Shown in pieces: positions 38,272 to 48,242 of a DNA stretch of 64,000 bases; position 1 is the stretch's first letter, and each line of letters begins with the position of its first letter. Below the pieces are notes generated by a model that worked only from the letters and a program-made list of their open reading frames with translations, was not told the origin of the DNA and searched no databases. The position numbers were made by a program, and so were the translations under genes. The stretch comes from a virus (lineage: Duplodnaviria > Caudoviricetes), in IMG/VR virus record IMGVR_UViG_3300002220_000062, positions 1 to 64,000 of that record; one strand, written 5' to 3'.

Positions 38272-40158
38272 ATGTGTGGAATCTTCGCGTGGGCTGGAAA
38301 AGACCCAAGAAAATTTAATAAAACTAAGTTAGATATATTAGGTATATACAATGAAGTTAGAGGAGGTCATTCTTGTGGCATAGCAAAAGATGGTGAAATA
38401 TCAATAGGTATAGATAAAAATAAAGCTTATAAAGACTTTTTAGCTACTACTGGATATGATGCACCAAAAAAATATCCAGTTGTAATTGGCCATACAAGAC
38501 AAAGCACCTATGGGGCTCATACCGTAGCTAACGCCCATCCTTTTGGATTTGGTATTGTTGGTGAAGGATATGAGTTCATGGGATGTCATAATGGTACATT
38601 ACTTAATCATCATGATTTAGCTATAGAATTTGGTATTGATACTAATGAATCTGTTAGTGGAAGTGTTCCAGGAGTTAAAGTTACAAGGTCTAAAATTGAT
38701 AGTGAAATATTATTAGAAATAATATATAAAACTAAAAAATATAAAGTCCTTAGTGCTTATAATGGAGCAGCAGCACTAGTTTGGACTGATGTTAATAAAC
38801 CTAATGTAATTTATTGTTATCATGGTAAATCTAGAAAAAGAGATTTTGTAAATCTTGAGCAAGAAGAAGAAAGACCATTATATTACTGGCAAGAAACCAA
38901 AAATAGTTTATTTGTATCATCAATGGAAAGTAGTTTATCTGCTATTGGTGGTAATGAAGATACTATTAAGGAGTTTGAATTTAATACTGTTTATGAAATA
39001 ACAGATGGTAATATTGATACTGCCAAGAAAATTAAAATTACAAGATTAAATAGATTTCAAACAGGTGTCGAAAACACAAAAAAGGATTATTGCAGAAACC
39101 TAAATCAAGAGTCTTCTGCAAATCACGCAAGGCAAGACATAGAAGATGAATGGGGTATGCGCTCTTGGGAACCTACTAGAAATCGTACTATTCTAGAAAA
39201 AGAGGTTGAAAAAGCACATAATAAATCTACAGAATTTAGTGGAAAAGAAGCCTTAGATTTAAAAGATGCAATTAACAATAATATTTATACAGAAAATACT
39301 TTACGAAATTCTAATTCTTATGGTAAACAAGTTTATTTTAATAAACTTAGATACTGGAGAACTGGACATAGAATAAATGGTGTATTTTGTTATATTGCAA
39401 ATTTTGGTTTTTACTTCTTAGGATACAGTGTAAAAGAATCAGAAACTAGATTCTGGGATATTGTAAATAAACCATTTGTAAATGATGATTTTACAACACC
39501 AGATAAAATTCCAGCAATGGATTTAGATTCTGTTACTTACCCATTTGAACATACTGCTAAAAATGAAATAACTAATCCACCATTATTCTTTATGTATGAT
39601 GGTATAAAAGTTAAAACTGCTGCAGATTATATAGCTTGTTCAACAATGGAATCAACTAAAGAGAAAGTATTTACTTTTGAACAGTTGTCTCATTGTTCTT
39701 CTCATCCTATTATGGATATAGAAGAAAAATACAAACCATATTCTAGGCAAGAAGTTATGTTTGAAGGAGTACCTGTTACTAATGTATTCTGCCCATTAGG
39801 TGCAGAAAGAATTTATACATTTGAGAATGGTAACTGTATAAACATGCAACCTATAGTTACAGTAAGAAGATTAGAAGAAGAAAATTCAACAGTTAACCAA
39901 ACTAAATTAGCTTTAGTTATTGATAATCTTGAAAAAATTGAAGAAGATTTATCTGCTCTTCCAGTTAATGTTAATTCTAATAATGATTTATTAGAAGATG
40001 ATATTAATGATATGTTTAAAGAATCACTACGAAAATTTCCACAGTATATAAAAAAATTAGATACTTATGGAGCAGGTAGAGGATTTGAGGCTAGTAATAT
40101 TTTAAAGGAATTTGTCAACAAAGCTACAACTTTAGTAGCAATAGAAGAAAAAGAGTAA
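38272..40158 (+). CDS. Class II (Ntn) glutamine amidotransferase with C-terminal extension
   Basis: MCGIF, RGGHSCG, GHTRQST, NAHPF, HNGTL and DSE motifs. Confidence 0.88.
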   Translation: MCGIFAWAGKDPRKFNKTKLDILGIYNEVRGGHSCGIAKDGEISIGIDKNKAYKDFLATTGYDAPKKYPVVIGHTRQSTYGAHTVANAHPFGFGIVGEGYEFMGCHNGTLLNHHDLAIEFGIDTNESVSGSVPGVKVTRSKIDSEILLEIIYKTKKYKVLSAYNGAAALVWTDVNKPNVIYCYHGKSRKRDFVNLEQEEERPLYYWQETKNSLFVSSMESSLSAIGGNEDTIKEFEFNTVYEITDGNIDTAKKIKITRLNRFQTGVENTKKDYCRNLNQESSANHARQDIEDEWGMRSWEPTRNRTILEKEVEKAHNKSTEFSGKEALDLKDAINNNIYTENTLRNSNSYGKQVYFNKLRYWRTGHRINGVFCYIANFGFYFLGYSVKESETRFWDIVNKPFVNDDFTTPDKIPAMDLDSVTYPFEHTAKNEITNPPLFFMYDGIKVKTAADYIACSTMESTKEKVFTFEQLSHCSSHPIMDIEEKYKPYSRQEVMFEGVPVTNVFCPLGAERIYTFENGNCINMQPIVTVRRLEEENSTVNQTKLALVIDNLEKIEEDLSALPVNVNSNNDLLEDDINDMFKESLRKFPQYIKKLDTYGAGRGFEASNILKEFVNKATTLVAIEEKE

Positions 40159-40160
40159 GT

Positions 40161-41936
40161 ATGGATAATTTAGTAAAAATAAATGAAATGGTGGTAACTA
40201 TTGATGGTACCACTAAGCCTAAGCAAGATTGTCGCAGAATGGGTGGAGAATTCTACCTAAAAGGAGAAATCAATGTTGAAAACTCTGGACAATGCTATTA
40301 TATCAATGGAAAGTATTATAAATATAATACTGGATATATAGTATTTGACCATAGAGTAGGTCAATACATAATTAAAAATACTGATAAACTTCAAGAAGGG
40401 GTAGTCCGAATTGAAGCAAATGGTAATTTAGTTATGGGTTTCTTTACACGTGAAGAGAATGGAGCTATAATTACAACACTAGAGGACCCAACTGGTAATA
40501 CTTATGTATGTTTGAATAAAGAAATTCTAGAAAATACGCACTATATAGAAAATTTATACACAGGTAGATATTCTCACAGATTATTTACAAGAGTAGAACA
40601 TTTTTTAAATCCAGGCAATGTTTCTAGTACTTTAAAAAACACGCTACCTTACGACTCTAGGGGAGCTATGGATGACTTAATGGCATACCATAAAAATCAT
40701 CATAAACCAAAAATTAGTAAAGAGGTAAAACTCTATAGTCCAATATTAGGGGACTTAACTTTTGGTGTAGAGTATGAGACTACAAAAGGACAAATTCCAC
40801 CTACAAAATGTAAAGAATTAGGTCTTATTGCTTTGAAAGATGGAAGTATAGTAGGATTAGAATATGCTACTATTCCACTTCAAGGAGAGAAAGGGTTACA
40901 AACTTTGATTAATGGTATTGTAGAACTAAGAAAATATACTTCTTATGATAAGGACTGCTCATTACATTTCCATATTGGTAATATACCAAGAACAGAAGAA
41001 TTTTTCTTAGCTGTTTGGAAAGTGTTATGTACATTAGAAAATCCAATGTTTGGATTATTCCCTCTTTATAAAAAATATAATTTTGGAGTTAAAAGAAAAC
41101 ATTACACAAAACCATTACCAATAGTTGAAACATTATTTCAAATGGATAAAGTTATTACTAAAGATAATATTAAATCGAATTTTGGAATTCTTTATAATTA
41201 TTTATCAATGGGACAACCTTATTCATCTGTTAAAAATGATTTAAACAATGTAATGTCTCACCCATCTGACCCTCACGGGAATAGTAAGTGGAATATTAGA
41301 AGTAGATATCATTGGGTTAATTTAATACCATTGTTATTTGGTAATAAAGAAACAATTGAATTTAGACTTCATACTCCAACTTATGATTTAGACAAGATAG
41401 TAAATTATCTTGTTTTATGTACATCAATTATAAATTTTGCTAAGAACAATACAAAAGCTATATTAACTCAACCTGAAATTCTTATGAATTTAAATTTGGG
41501 TGATGTAGTATATAAAATTAGTGGTCAAATGAATTCTGTAGAAATCAATAGATTTGCTGATTATGTATATGCTTATATTGGTCATAGAAGAGATTATAAC
41601 TATATGGAAAGTAGCCGTGGAGATTTAATTGGTAATGAAGATGGTTTCAGAGTTAAAAACAAAATACCTTGGGCTGTAGCAAATACTATGGAAGTTGTAT
41701 TATCTAAAATTCCGTCAAATAGAAAAAGAGATTCTTTATCAGGATATGCTAATCAATTTAATTGGAATGTAGCACAGATTAGAAATGCTGCAGAAGACCA
41801 TGTAAGAAATGTTGAAGCAAGAAGAGGCGGTGGTATACAATTCTTTGGAAATGGAGAACCCCAAGTAGTTCCTCAAGCTGTTCAAGATATTGACCCATTT
41901 GATTTAATAGTAGAAAACGATGGTCAAGAACATTAG
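40161..41936 (+). CDS. Putative amidoligase
   Basis: FGVEYET, KDGSI.GLEY, CSLHFHIG and TIEFRLH motifs. Confidence 0.82.
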   Translation: MDNLVKINEMVVTIDGTTKPKQDCRRMGGEFYLKGEINVENSGQCYYINGKYYKYNTGYIVFDHRVGQYIIKNTDKLQEGVVRIEANGNLVMGFFTREENGAIITTLEDPTGNTYVCLNKEILENTHYIENLYTGRYSHRLFTRVEHFLNPGNVSSTLKNTLPYDSRGAMDDLMAYHKNHHKPKISKEVKLYSPILGDLTFGVEYETTKGQIPPTKCKELGLIALKDGSIVGLEYATIPLQGEKGLQTLINGIVELRKYTSYDKDCSLHFHIGNIPRTEEFFLAVWKVLCTLENPMFGLFPLYKKYNFGVKRKHYTKPLPIVETLFQMDKVITKDNIKSNFGILYNYLSMGQPYSSVKNDLNNVMSHPSDPHGNSKWNIRSRYHWVNLIPLLFGNKETIEFRLHTPTYDLDKIVNYLVLCTSIINFAKNNTKAILTQPEILMNLNLGDVVYKISGQMNSVEINRFADYVYAYIGHRRDYNYMESSRGDLIGNEDGFRVKNKIPWAVANTMEVVLSKIPSNRKRDSLSGYANQFNWNVAQIRNAAEDHVRNVEARRGGGIQFFGNGEPQVVPQAVQDIDPFDLIVENDGQEH

Positions 41937-42636
41937 TCAAGGAGATTACGTATTAGACATAGATTATGAATCATTATTAGGAAAGGATTGGGCAGACGTT
42001 CTTAGAGAAAATCTGATTAATACTGAATATATGAAAAATTTAATGATTTTTCTAAATGAGTCATATAAAAAGGGGGGTATTTACCCCTCTAAGTCTAATG
42101 TGTTTAAAGCTCTTGAATCTGTAGATTTTGCAGATGTACGAGTAGTAATGATTGGTAGGGAACCCTACAATGATGGTAATGCAACTGGTATTCCTTTAGC
42201 TAATTATGATAAGTATGGGAAGAGATTCTCAGACGAGTTACTTAAATACTTTAAAGGAATAGAAACATCCATATATGATGGGATTAAATTATATCAAAAC
42301 CCAGAATTAGATGAATTATCACCACAAGGTGTATTATTTTTAGATGCAGCATTAACATCAACAGGGACTAAATTAGAACATTTAGTATACTGGAGAAATT
42401 TCATAAGACAGGTAATAATAAGTATCCAGGAATGGATACCAGATGTAGTATTTGTATTTATGGGAGAAGAAGCAAAATATTTTGCTCAATATGTAGAGAA
42501 TCCAAATTATAAATTATTTTGTGAGCATCCTTATGAATCTGTACAATTAAAAAAACCTTGGGATGGTGAAGTTCTTAATGAAGTAAACATTGTCTTAAAA
42601 ACTATGAATAATGATGACAATCCTATAGTTTGGTAA
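41920..42636 (+). CDS. ung: Uracil-DNA glycosylase family 1-like (divergent)
   Basis: IYPSKSNVFKA, VRVVMIGREPY, QGVLFLDAALT and EHP; the canonical GQDPY motif is altered. Confidence 0.75.
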   Translation: MVKNISQGDYVLDIDYESLLGKDWADVLRENLINTEYMKNLMIFLNESYKKGGIYPSKSNVFKALESVDFADVRVVMIGREPYNDGNATGIPLANYDKYGKRFSDELLKYFKGIETSIYDGIKLYQNPELDELSPQGVLFLDAALTSTGTKLEHLVYWRNFIRQVIISIQEWIPDVVFVFMGEEAKYFAQYVENPNYKLFCEHPYESVQLKKPWDGEVLNEVNIVLKTMNNDDNPIVW

Positions 42637-42710
42637 GTATTAATTTAAACAGAAAAAGATGATGATGTGGATTCCAGGTAATAATATTAGTAAAAAAATT
42701 CTGAAATAAT

Positions 42711-42741
42711 TAGGAATTGTGAATTTAATTTTGTATATTTG
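42711..42741 (+). promoter_or_regulatory. Repeated promoter TAGGA-N18-TATATTTG upstream of an HNH gene
   Basis: Same motif and spacing as the other copies. Confidence 0.65.
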
Positions 42742-42759
42742 TATAAAAATATAAATATA

Positions 42760-43317
42760 ATGGAATTAATTAAAAAAGGACTAACTTTAGATGAAAAAAA
42801 TCAAATCAAGAAAATAGATTATGAAAGAATTTGTAAAAAATGTGGAATAAAACAATCATTAATAAAATTTTCTTGTAAAAAAGAAAAAAATGGATTATAT
42901 TATTTTAATTATACATGTAACAAATGTGAATATAAACGAAAGTTAAAAATGCATAATGGAAGTATAATTTCATACAATGCAACCCAGACTTATAAAGAAA
43001 ATTTTACTATAGAAGGAAGAGCATCTATGTTAAGAAATAGATGTAAACAAAGAGCTAAAAAATATAATTATGATTTTTCTTTAACCAAAGAATATATAAT
43101 TTCACTTTTAGAAAATGGGGTATGTGAAAAAACTAATATTAAATTAATAATAGATGATTCTACTTACCATCCATATGCTCCTTCTATAGATAGAATTGAT
43201 AATAATAAAGGTTATACTAATGATAATATTCAAGTTACTTGTATGATATACAATTTCTGTAAAAATAAATTTTCCGAAGAACAGGTAAATGAATTTTTTA
43301 AAGATATGAGATTATGA
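42760..43317 (+). CDS. Free-standing HNH-type homing endonuclease
   Basis: CKKC...CNKC zinc finger, PSIDRIDNNKGYTNDNIQVTC..YN..K. The track's TTG start lies in the -7 box, so ATG 42760 is more likely. Confidence 0.8.
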   Translation: MELIKKGLTLDEKNQIKKIDYERICKKCGIKQSLIKFSCKKEKNGLYYFNYTCNKCEYKRKLKMHNGSIISYNATQTYKENFTIEGRASMLRNRCKQRAKKYNYDFSLTKEYIISLLENGVCEKTNIKLIIDDSTYHPYAPSIDRIDNNKGYTNDNIQVTCMIYNFCKNKFSEEQVNEFFKDMRL

Positions 43318-43781
43318 TTTTTATAAAGGGCAATGTCCCGAGTTTAAAAAATAGTAAAGTAAAGACATCAAGAGGTATATTCAGCTCTCCTACTGTAAAC
43401 AATTACATTAGGAAGCTGGGTATACAGTCTTTCAATTCTAGAAAGAAAATAGTACAAGGTTATGTTGATATAGCAAAACCAAATCAAATTGAAGCATTAC
43501 GGGCCCAATTTGAAGAAATGAGTATTGGTAAAGAAAATCCTTTATTTATAGGATACCATCAGGTGAGAAATAGTAAAAGATTATTTGATTTTAGCAATAG
43601 TGTTGAAGTTATACAAGATTTATTTACAGCTCACAATTTTATAGAAGATGATAACGTACAATACGTTTTTCCTATTCCTATGAGTATTGATGGAGAATTA
43701 CCTACTACAAAAAATATAAGAACAACAAAATGGTATTCCATAGATAAAGATAATCCAGGAGTATACATTAAAATCTTTTAA
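43314..43781 (+). CDS. Holliday junction resolvase, RusA-like
   Basis: GNVPSLKN...KRLFDFSN...QDL...IEDDN...DKDNPGV pattern. Confidence 0.7.
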   Translation: MIFIKGNVPSLKNSKVKTSRGIFSSPTVNNYIRKLGIQSFNSRKKIVQGYVDIAKPNQIEALRAQFEEMSIGKENPLFIGYHQVRNSKRLFDFSNSVEVIQDLFTAHNFIEDDNVQYVFPIPMSIDGELPTTKNIRTTKWYSIDKDNPGVYIKIF

Positions 43782-43783
43782 AT

Positions 43784-44044
43784 ATGAACAAAGAATTGAA
43801 ATTACAGATTATAAATCTAGCAAAATTTATATTTGAGGACAAAGAATATGTAAAATTCATAACCTACTTACAAACAAATAGACTTAATGATTTAAGATTA
43901 CTTGTAGATGAGAAGGTAGAATTATTAAGTATTCTTAATGATTTTAGAGAAACTGATGAAGTTATTCTAAAACAAATAAAATATTGTGATGAACTAGAAA
44001 ATTTGGTAATGGATGTTTTCATAGAAGAAATGAAAGTAAATTAA
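43784..44044 (+). CDS. Hypothetical protein
   Basis: 86 aa in the operon. Confidence 0.5.
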   Translation: MNKELKLQIINLAKFIFEDKEYVKFITYLQTNRLNDLRLLVDEKVELLSILNDFRETDEVILKQIKYCDELENLVMDVFIEEMKVN

Positions 44045-44051
44045 ACAAATT

Positions 44052-45065
44052 ATGAATGATGATGAAGAATTGAACGAGCTATATGGCTCAAATGATGAGA
44101 TTGATATTTATTTAAGTTATAGTAGAGTATCTGATTTTAGTAAAAATGGTCCTAAAGCCTTAATTGAACGCCAGAGATTGGAAGGAGAAGGTATAAATGT
44201 AGGGTCTATTACAGACGATTGGTTATTTAACAGAGAAAATTTTGATGATATTTATTTTGTATTTAATGGTGAAAAACCTACTGCAACTTTAGGAAAGCTT
44301 GTTAATATAATTTTAAAAAATTATACTAAATTACCTTCTAAGGAAGTAGTATTAAATATAATTGAAAGAAACAATTTTTGGAAAAGAAGTAAGGAAGAAA
44401 CATTACTAGCAAATTTTGATACACCTGAATTTTGGAGCTACTTAGCTGCTCAATTTCAAGGCTCAACAAAAACACTAGTAACAACTTCTGAATTAGAGCT
44501 AGGAAAAGAACTAGCAGAAATACTTACTACCCACGAATATTCTAAAGATATATTTAGTGATAGATATGAAAGAATTAATCAATATAAATTTAATTTAACT
44601 TATAAAAATATTAAATTTAGAGGAGTAATCGACATGGTTCTAATTGACCATGAATTTAAAACAATTAGATTGGTGGACCTAAAGACAGGAGCAGGCCCAT
44701 CTTCAGAGTTTCTTACTAGTTTTTTACGCTATAGGTATTATTTTCAAGAGGCAATATATATGAAAGCTATTGATATAATCAAAAAAGAGTTAAACATAGA
44801 AGAATATCAAGTGTTACCTTTTCAATTCCTATACATAGGAAGGGCAGAAAGGGTTCCAATTACTTTTGATGTGACACAGAAATGGCATGATGCTGCATTG
44901 AGCGGTTTTACATCTGATGGTGGATACCATTATAAAGGGTTAGATTCAACCCTAGATGACATTTTATGGCACTTCAAGAATAAAGAATTTACTTTTTCAA
45001 GGGATATAAGCGAAAATCATGGAAAAATAGATTTGAATGATAAATTTTTTAGTATAATTAATTAA
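44052..45065 (+). CDS. PD-(D/E)XK exonuclease (RecB/Cas4-like)
   Basis: LSYSRVS, FRGVIDMV...LVDLKT, Y.FQEAIY motifs. Confidence 0.8.
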   Translation: MNDDEELNELYGSNDEIDIYLSYSRVSDFSKNGPKALIERQRLEGEGINVGSITDDWLFNRENFDDIYFVFNGEKPTATLGKLVNIILKNYTKLPSKEVVLNIIERNNFWKRSKEETLLANFDTPEFWSYLAAQFQGSTKTLVTTSELELGKELAEILTTHEYSKDIFSDRYERINQYKFNLTYKNIKFRGVIDMVLIDHEFKTIRLVDLKTGAGPSSEFLTSFLRYRYYFQEAIYMKAIDIIKKELNIEEYQVLPFQFLYIGRAERVPITFDVTQKWHDAALSGFTSDGGYHYKGLDSTLDDILWHFKNKEFTFSRDISENHGKIDLNDKFFSIIN

Positions 45066-45072
45066 TAATTTA

Positions 45073-45621
45073 ATGAGTAAAGTTAGATATAATAAATCTA
45101 AAACTTACTTGTTACCATTATTAGCTGAGGTAATAGATATTGATGTAAGGTTTTTTAACCATTTACAAAATACATTTATTTTTGATGTAGAAGGTAAATA
45201 CAAGGATTGTATGCTTATATTGCATGACTTTTCTTTTAAAAACCCAGAGTTTACAGCATATGAACATAAACTTACAAATAATCCATACTTCGTAGATTTA
45301 ATAGATATAGATAATAAAGTCTTATATGTATTTAAATTTCCAGAAGAATATATGGATGAATATAACCATTTTAAAAATGGAAAGTATTCTTTATTTGGAA
45401 AGGATGCCAAAGATACAATAATAAACTTCTTTGGAAAGATTTATACAGGAAACTTAAACGCAGTCAATTTCTTATTACTGATTAAACAAATATTATATAA
45501 AGAACCAAAATTAAAAGAAAAAATAGAAAATGAGTTAGGTGTTAGATTATCAGAAGATGCGGAATTAACCGATATTATAACTTTTGAAAATGAAACATTT
45601 GACATAGCAAATAATAAATAA
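45073..45621 (+). CDS. Conserved hypothetical protein
   Basis: 182 aa; KTYLLPL...FKNGKYS. Confidence 0.55.
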   Translation: MSKVRYNKSKTYLLPLLAEVIDIDVRFFNHLQNTFIFDVEGKYKDCMLILHDFSFKNPEFTAYEHKLTNNPYFVDLIDIDNKVLYVFKFPEEYMDEYNHFKNGKYSLFGKDAKDTIINFFGKIYTGNLNAVNFLLLIKQILYKEPKLKEKIENELGVRLSEDAELTDIITFENETFDIANNK

Positions 45622-45680
45622 GAATTTATTTGTAGTTAACGTGAGTGATAGGTAATTGTTTTAAAAAAACAAGAATGTAG

Positions 45681-48242
45681 ATGAATAATGAATTAATGAA
45701 ATATTTTAAAGGTGATTCTCTAGCTGCAGGTGTGTGGCTAGGGAAATACGCCTTATCAGGAGAGAAAACTCCAGATGATATGCATAGAAGAATGGCGGAA
45801 GAGTTTGCCAGAATGGAAATCATAAACAAAGCAAAATACAATACTGACAACAAAGCCTTTTTATCTAGTTATGGGTTCAATAGGCAACTGAAAGATGCGG
45901 AAGAATTTATTTACCATCTATTTAAAGATTTTAAATATGTAATTCCACAAGGTTCAGTAATGTCACAATTGGGTGCAAATACAATAGGTTCCTTATCTAA
46001 TTGTTTTGTAATAGGTCAGCCAGAAGACTCATACGGTGGAATATTCCAGAAAGATGAGGAAATGGCACAATTAGAAAAGCGTAGAGGAGGAGTAGGAATT
46101 GATTTATCTTCATTAAGACCAGTCAATACCCCAACCAGTAATGCCGCAAAAACCTCAACAGGTGCTGTATCATTTATGCATAGATTCTCTAACACAACTA
46201 GAGAAGTTGCACAAAATGGCAGAAGAGGTGCTTTAATGATATCTATGGATATTAATCATCCAGATGTTCTAGAGTTTATTAAGATTAAAAGAGATTTAAC
46301 ACAAGTGACAGGTGCTAATATTTCAATTAAACTTAATAATGAATTTATGAAAGCTGTAGAGAATAATGAAAGTTATTGTCTAAGATTTCCAATTGATAAA
46401 AAACCAATTCGTAAAATGGACATGGCCAATAATGTATTATATGGTCATGATAAAGGTTTTGTAAAATGGATAAATGCTAGAGAATATTGGGATGAAATTA
46501 TTAAATCTGCTCATAATGTAGCAGAACCAGGATTAATGTATTGGGATGCTATGATTAATTATTCTCCAGATGGAGTTTATAATCAATATAGAGCTATTAC
46601 AACTAATCCTTGTAGTGAAATAGGTATGCAGGCATATGATGCTTGTAGACTAATAGCAGTAAACTTACTTAGTTTTGTAGATAACCCATTTACTAAAGAT
46701 GCTATTTTTAATTATGATAAATTTTATGAAGTTAACTATGAAGCTATGAGATTAGGTGATAATCTTGTAGATTTAGAAATAGAGCATATTGATAGAATTT
46801 TAGCAAAAATTGAAAGTGACCCTGAAAGTGATGATTTAAAACATACAGAGAGAAATCTTTGGACTAAAATTAGAGAAACTGCATCTTCAAGTAGAAGAAC
46901 TGGTATAGGATTTACTGCATTAGGAGACACCTTAGCAGCTTTAAATTTAAAGTATGATTCAGAGGAAGCAATAAAACAAATAGACGCTATAATGCGTGTT
47001 AAAATGCGTTCTGAATTAGATTGTACTATTGATTTAAGTATTCTTTTGGGTTCTTTTGAAGGATTTGATGAAAAAAAGGAATTTTATGTAGATGGAAATA
47101 ACATTTATGGTAAAAATGATTTTTACGATATGTTATCTAAGGAGTTTCCTAGTGAAGCTTTAAGAATGTTTACATTTGGTAGACGTAATGTATCTTGGAG
47201 TACAGTTGCACCAACAGGTACTGTTAGTTTATTAGCACAAACTACATCAGGTATTGAACCTTTGTTTCAGGGCTTTTATACCCGAAGAAAGAAGATAAAT
47301 ATCAATGATGATAATGTGCGAGTAGATTTTACAGACCAAAATGGAGATACTTGGCAAGAATTTAATGTTGTACATCCTAAATTTAAAGATTGGATAATAT
47401 ATGATTCACCTGAATATGGAGAATCTATAGAAGATGCAAATATTCGTGTTGAAAAATTAAGTAAAAAAGATTTACAAGAATTATTTGAATTATCTCCTTG
47501 GTACGGTAGTACTGCAAATGATATAGATTGGTTAAAACGTATTAAAGTACAAAGTACTATACAAAAGTACATAACACATAGTATATCATCTACTATCAAT
47601 CTACCAGAAAATATTACAGAAGAAGAAGTATCTCAGATATATCTAAAAGCTTGGGAACAAGACATTAAAGGTATAACAGTTTATAGAGATGGCTCTCGAA
47701 GTGGTGTTTTAGTAAATAATACAGAGATAGCAACTAAATTTGCATATAATAATGCTGTTAAAAGACCAAAGACAGTTGAGGCGGAAGCTAAAACAACAAT
47801 GTCTGATGGTAAAAAATATAGTATTTTTGTTGGTTTAGTTGATGGTATCCCTTACGAAGTATTTGCCTTTATGGGTGGTACAAAAGAAGGGAAAGGTTCT
47901 ATTGTCAAAGAAGGTAAAGGCGAGTATTACTTCATAGGGGAAGGTGATAACAGCAAAAATCGCATTTTAACTGGAAGAATGACAGAAGAACAAGAAATTA
48001 TTACTAGGTTAATATCTGGGTCATTACGACATGGGAGAGGAATCCACTATATTGTAGATGACTTAAATAAAACTAGTGGTAGTTTGTTTTCATTTAACTT
48101 TGCTATTGCTAAAGTATTAAAAACATATATACCAGATGGAGTTAAATCAACTATTACTTGCGCAGATTGTGGAAGTACTGATGTAATTTTTGAAGAAGGA
48201 TGTGTAAAATGCTTGGAGTGCGGTAATACCAAATGTGGTTAA
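45681..48242 (+). CDS. nrdJ: Ribonucleotide reductase, class II (B12-dependent) type
   Basis: SNCF, RRGALM, TNPCSE, VAPTGT and YRDGSR motifs; C-terminal CxxC...EGC..CxxCG; no beta-subunit gene nearby. Confidence 0.85.
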   Translation: MNNELMKYFKGDSLAAGVWLGKYALSGEKTPDDMHRRMAEEFARMEIINKAKYNTDNKAFLSSYGFNRQLKDAEEFIYHLFKDFKYVIPQGSVMSQLGANTIGSLSNCFVIGQPEDSYGGIFQKDEEMAQLEKRRGGVGIDLSSLRPVNTPTSNAAKTSTGAVSFMHRFSNTTREVAQNGRRGALMISMDINHPDVLEFIKIKRDLTQVTGANISIKLNNEFMKAVENNESYCLRFPIDKKPIRKMDMANNVLYGHDKGFVKWINAREYWDEIIKSAHNVAEPGLMYWDAMINYSPDGVYNQYRAITTNPCSEIGMQAYDACRLIAVNLLSFVDNPFTKDAIFNYDKFYEVNYEAMRLGDNLVDLEIEHIDRILAKIESDPESDDLKHTERNLWTKIRETASSSRRTGIGFTALGDTLAALNLKYDSEEAIKQIDAIMRVKMRSELDCTIDLSILLGSFEGFDEKKEFYVDGNNIYGKNDFYDMLSKEFPSEALRMFTFGRRNVSWSTVAPTGTVSLLAQTTSGIEPLFQGFYTRRKKININDDNVRVDFTDQNGDTWQEFNVVHPKFKDWIIYDSPEYGESIEDANIRVEKLSKKDLQELFELSPWYGSTANDIDWLKRIKVQSTIQKYITHSISSTINLPENITEEEVSQIYLKAWEQDIKGITVYRDGSRSGVLVNNTEIATKFAYNNAVKRPKTVEAEAKTTMSDGKKYSIFVGLVDGIPYEVFAFMGGTKEGKGSIVKEGKGEYYFIGEGDNSKNRILTGRMTEEQEIITRLISGSLRHGRGIHYIVDDLNKTSGSLFSFNFAIAKVLKTYIPDGVKSTITCADCGSTDVIFEEGCVKCLECGNTKCG

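Noticed and set aside
4194-48242. Introns or inteins in terL, polA or nrdJ
   Set aside because: The ORFs are continuous and of normal length, with no intein ends or group I core motifs noticed.
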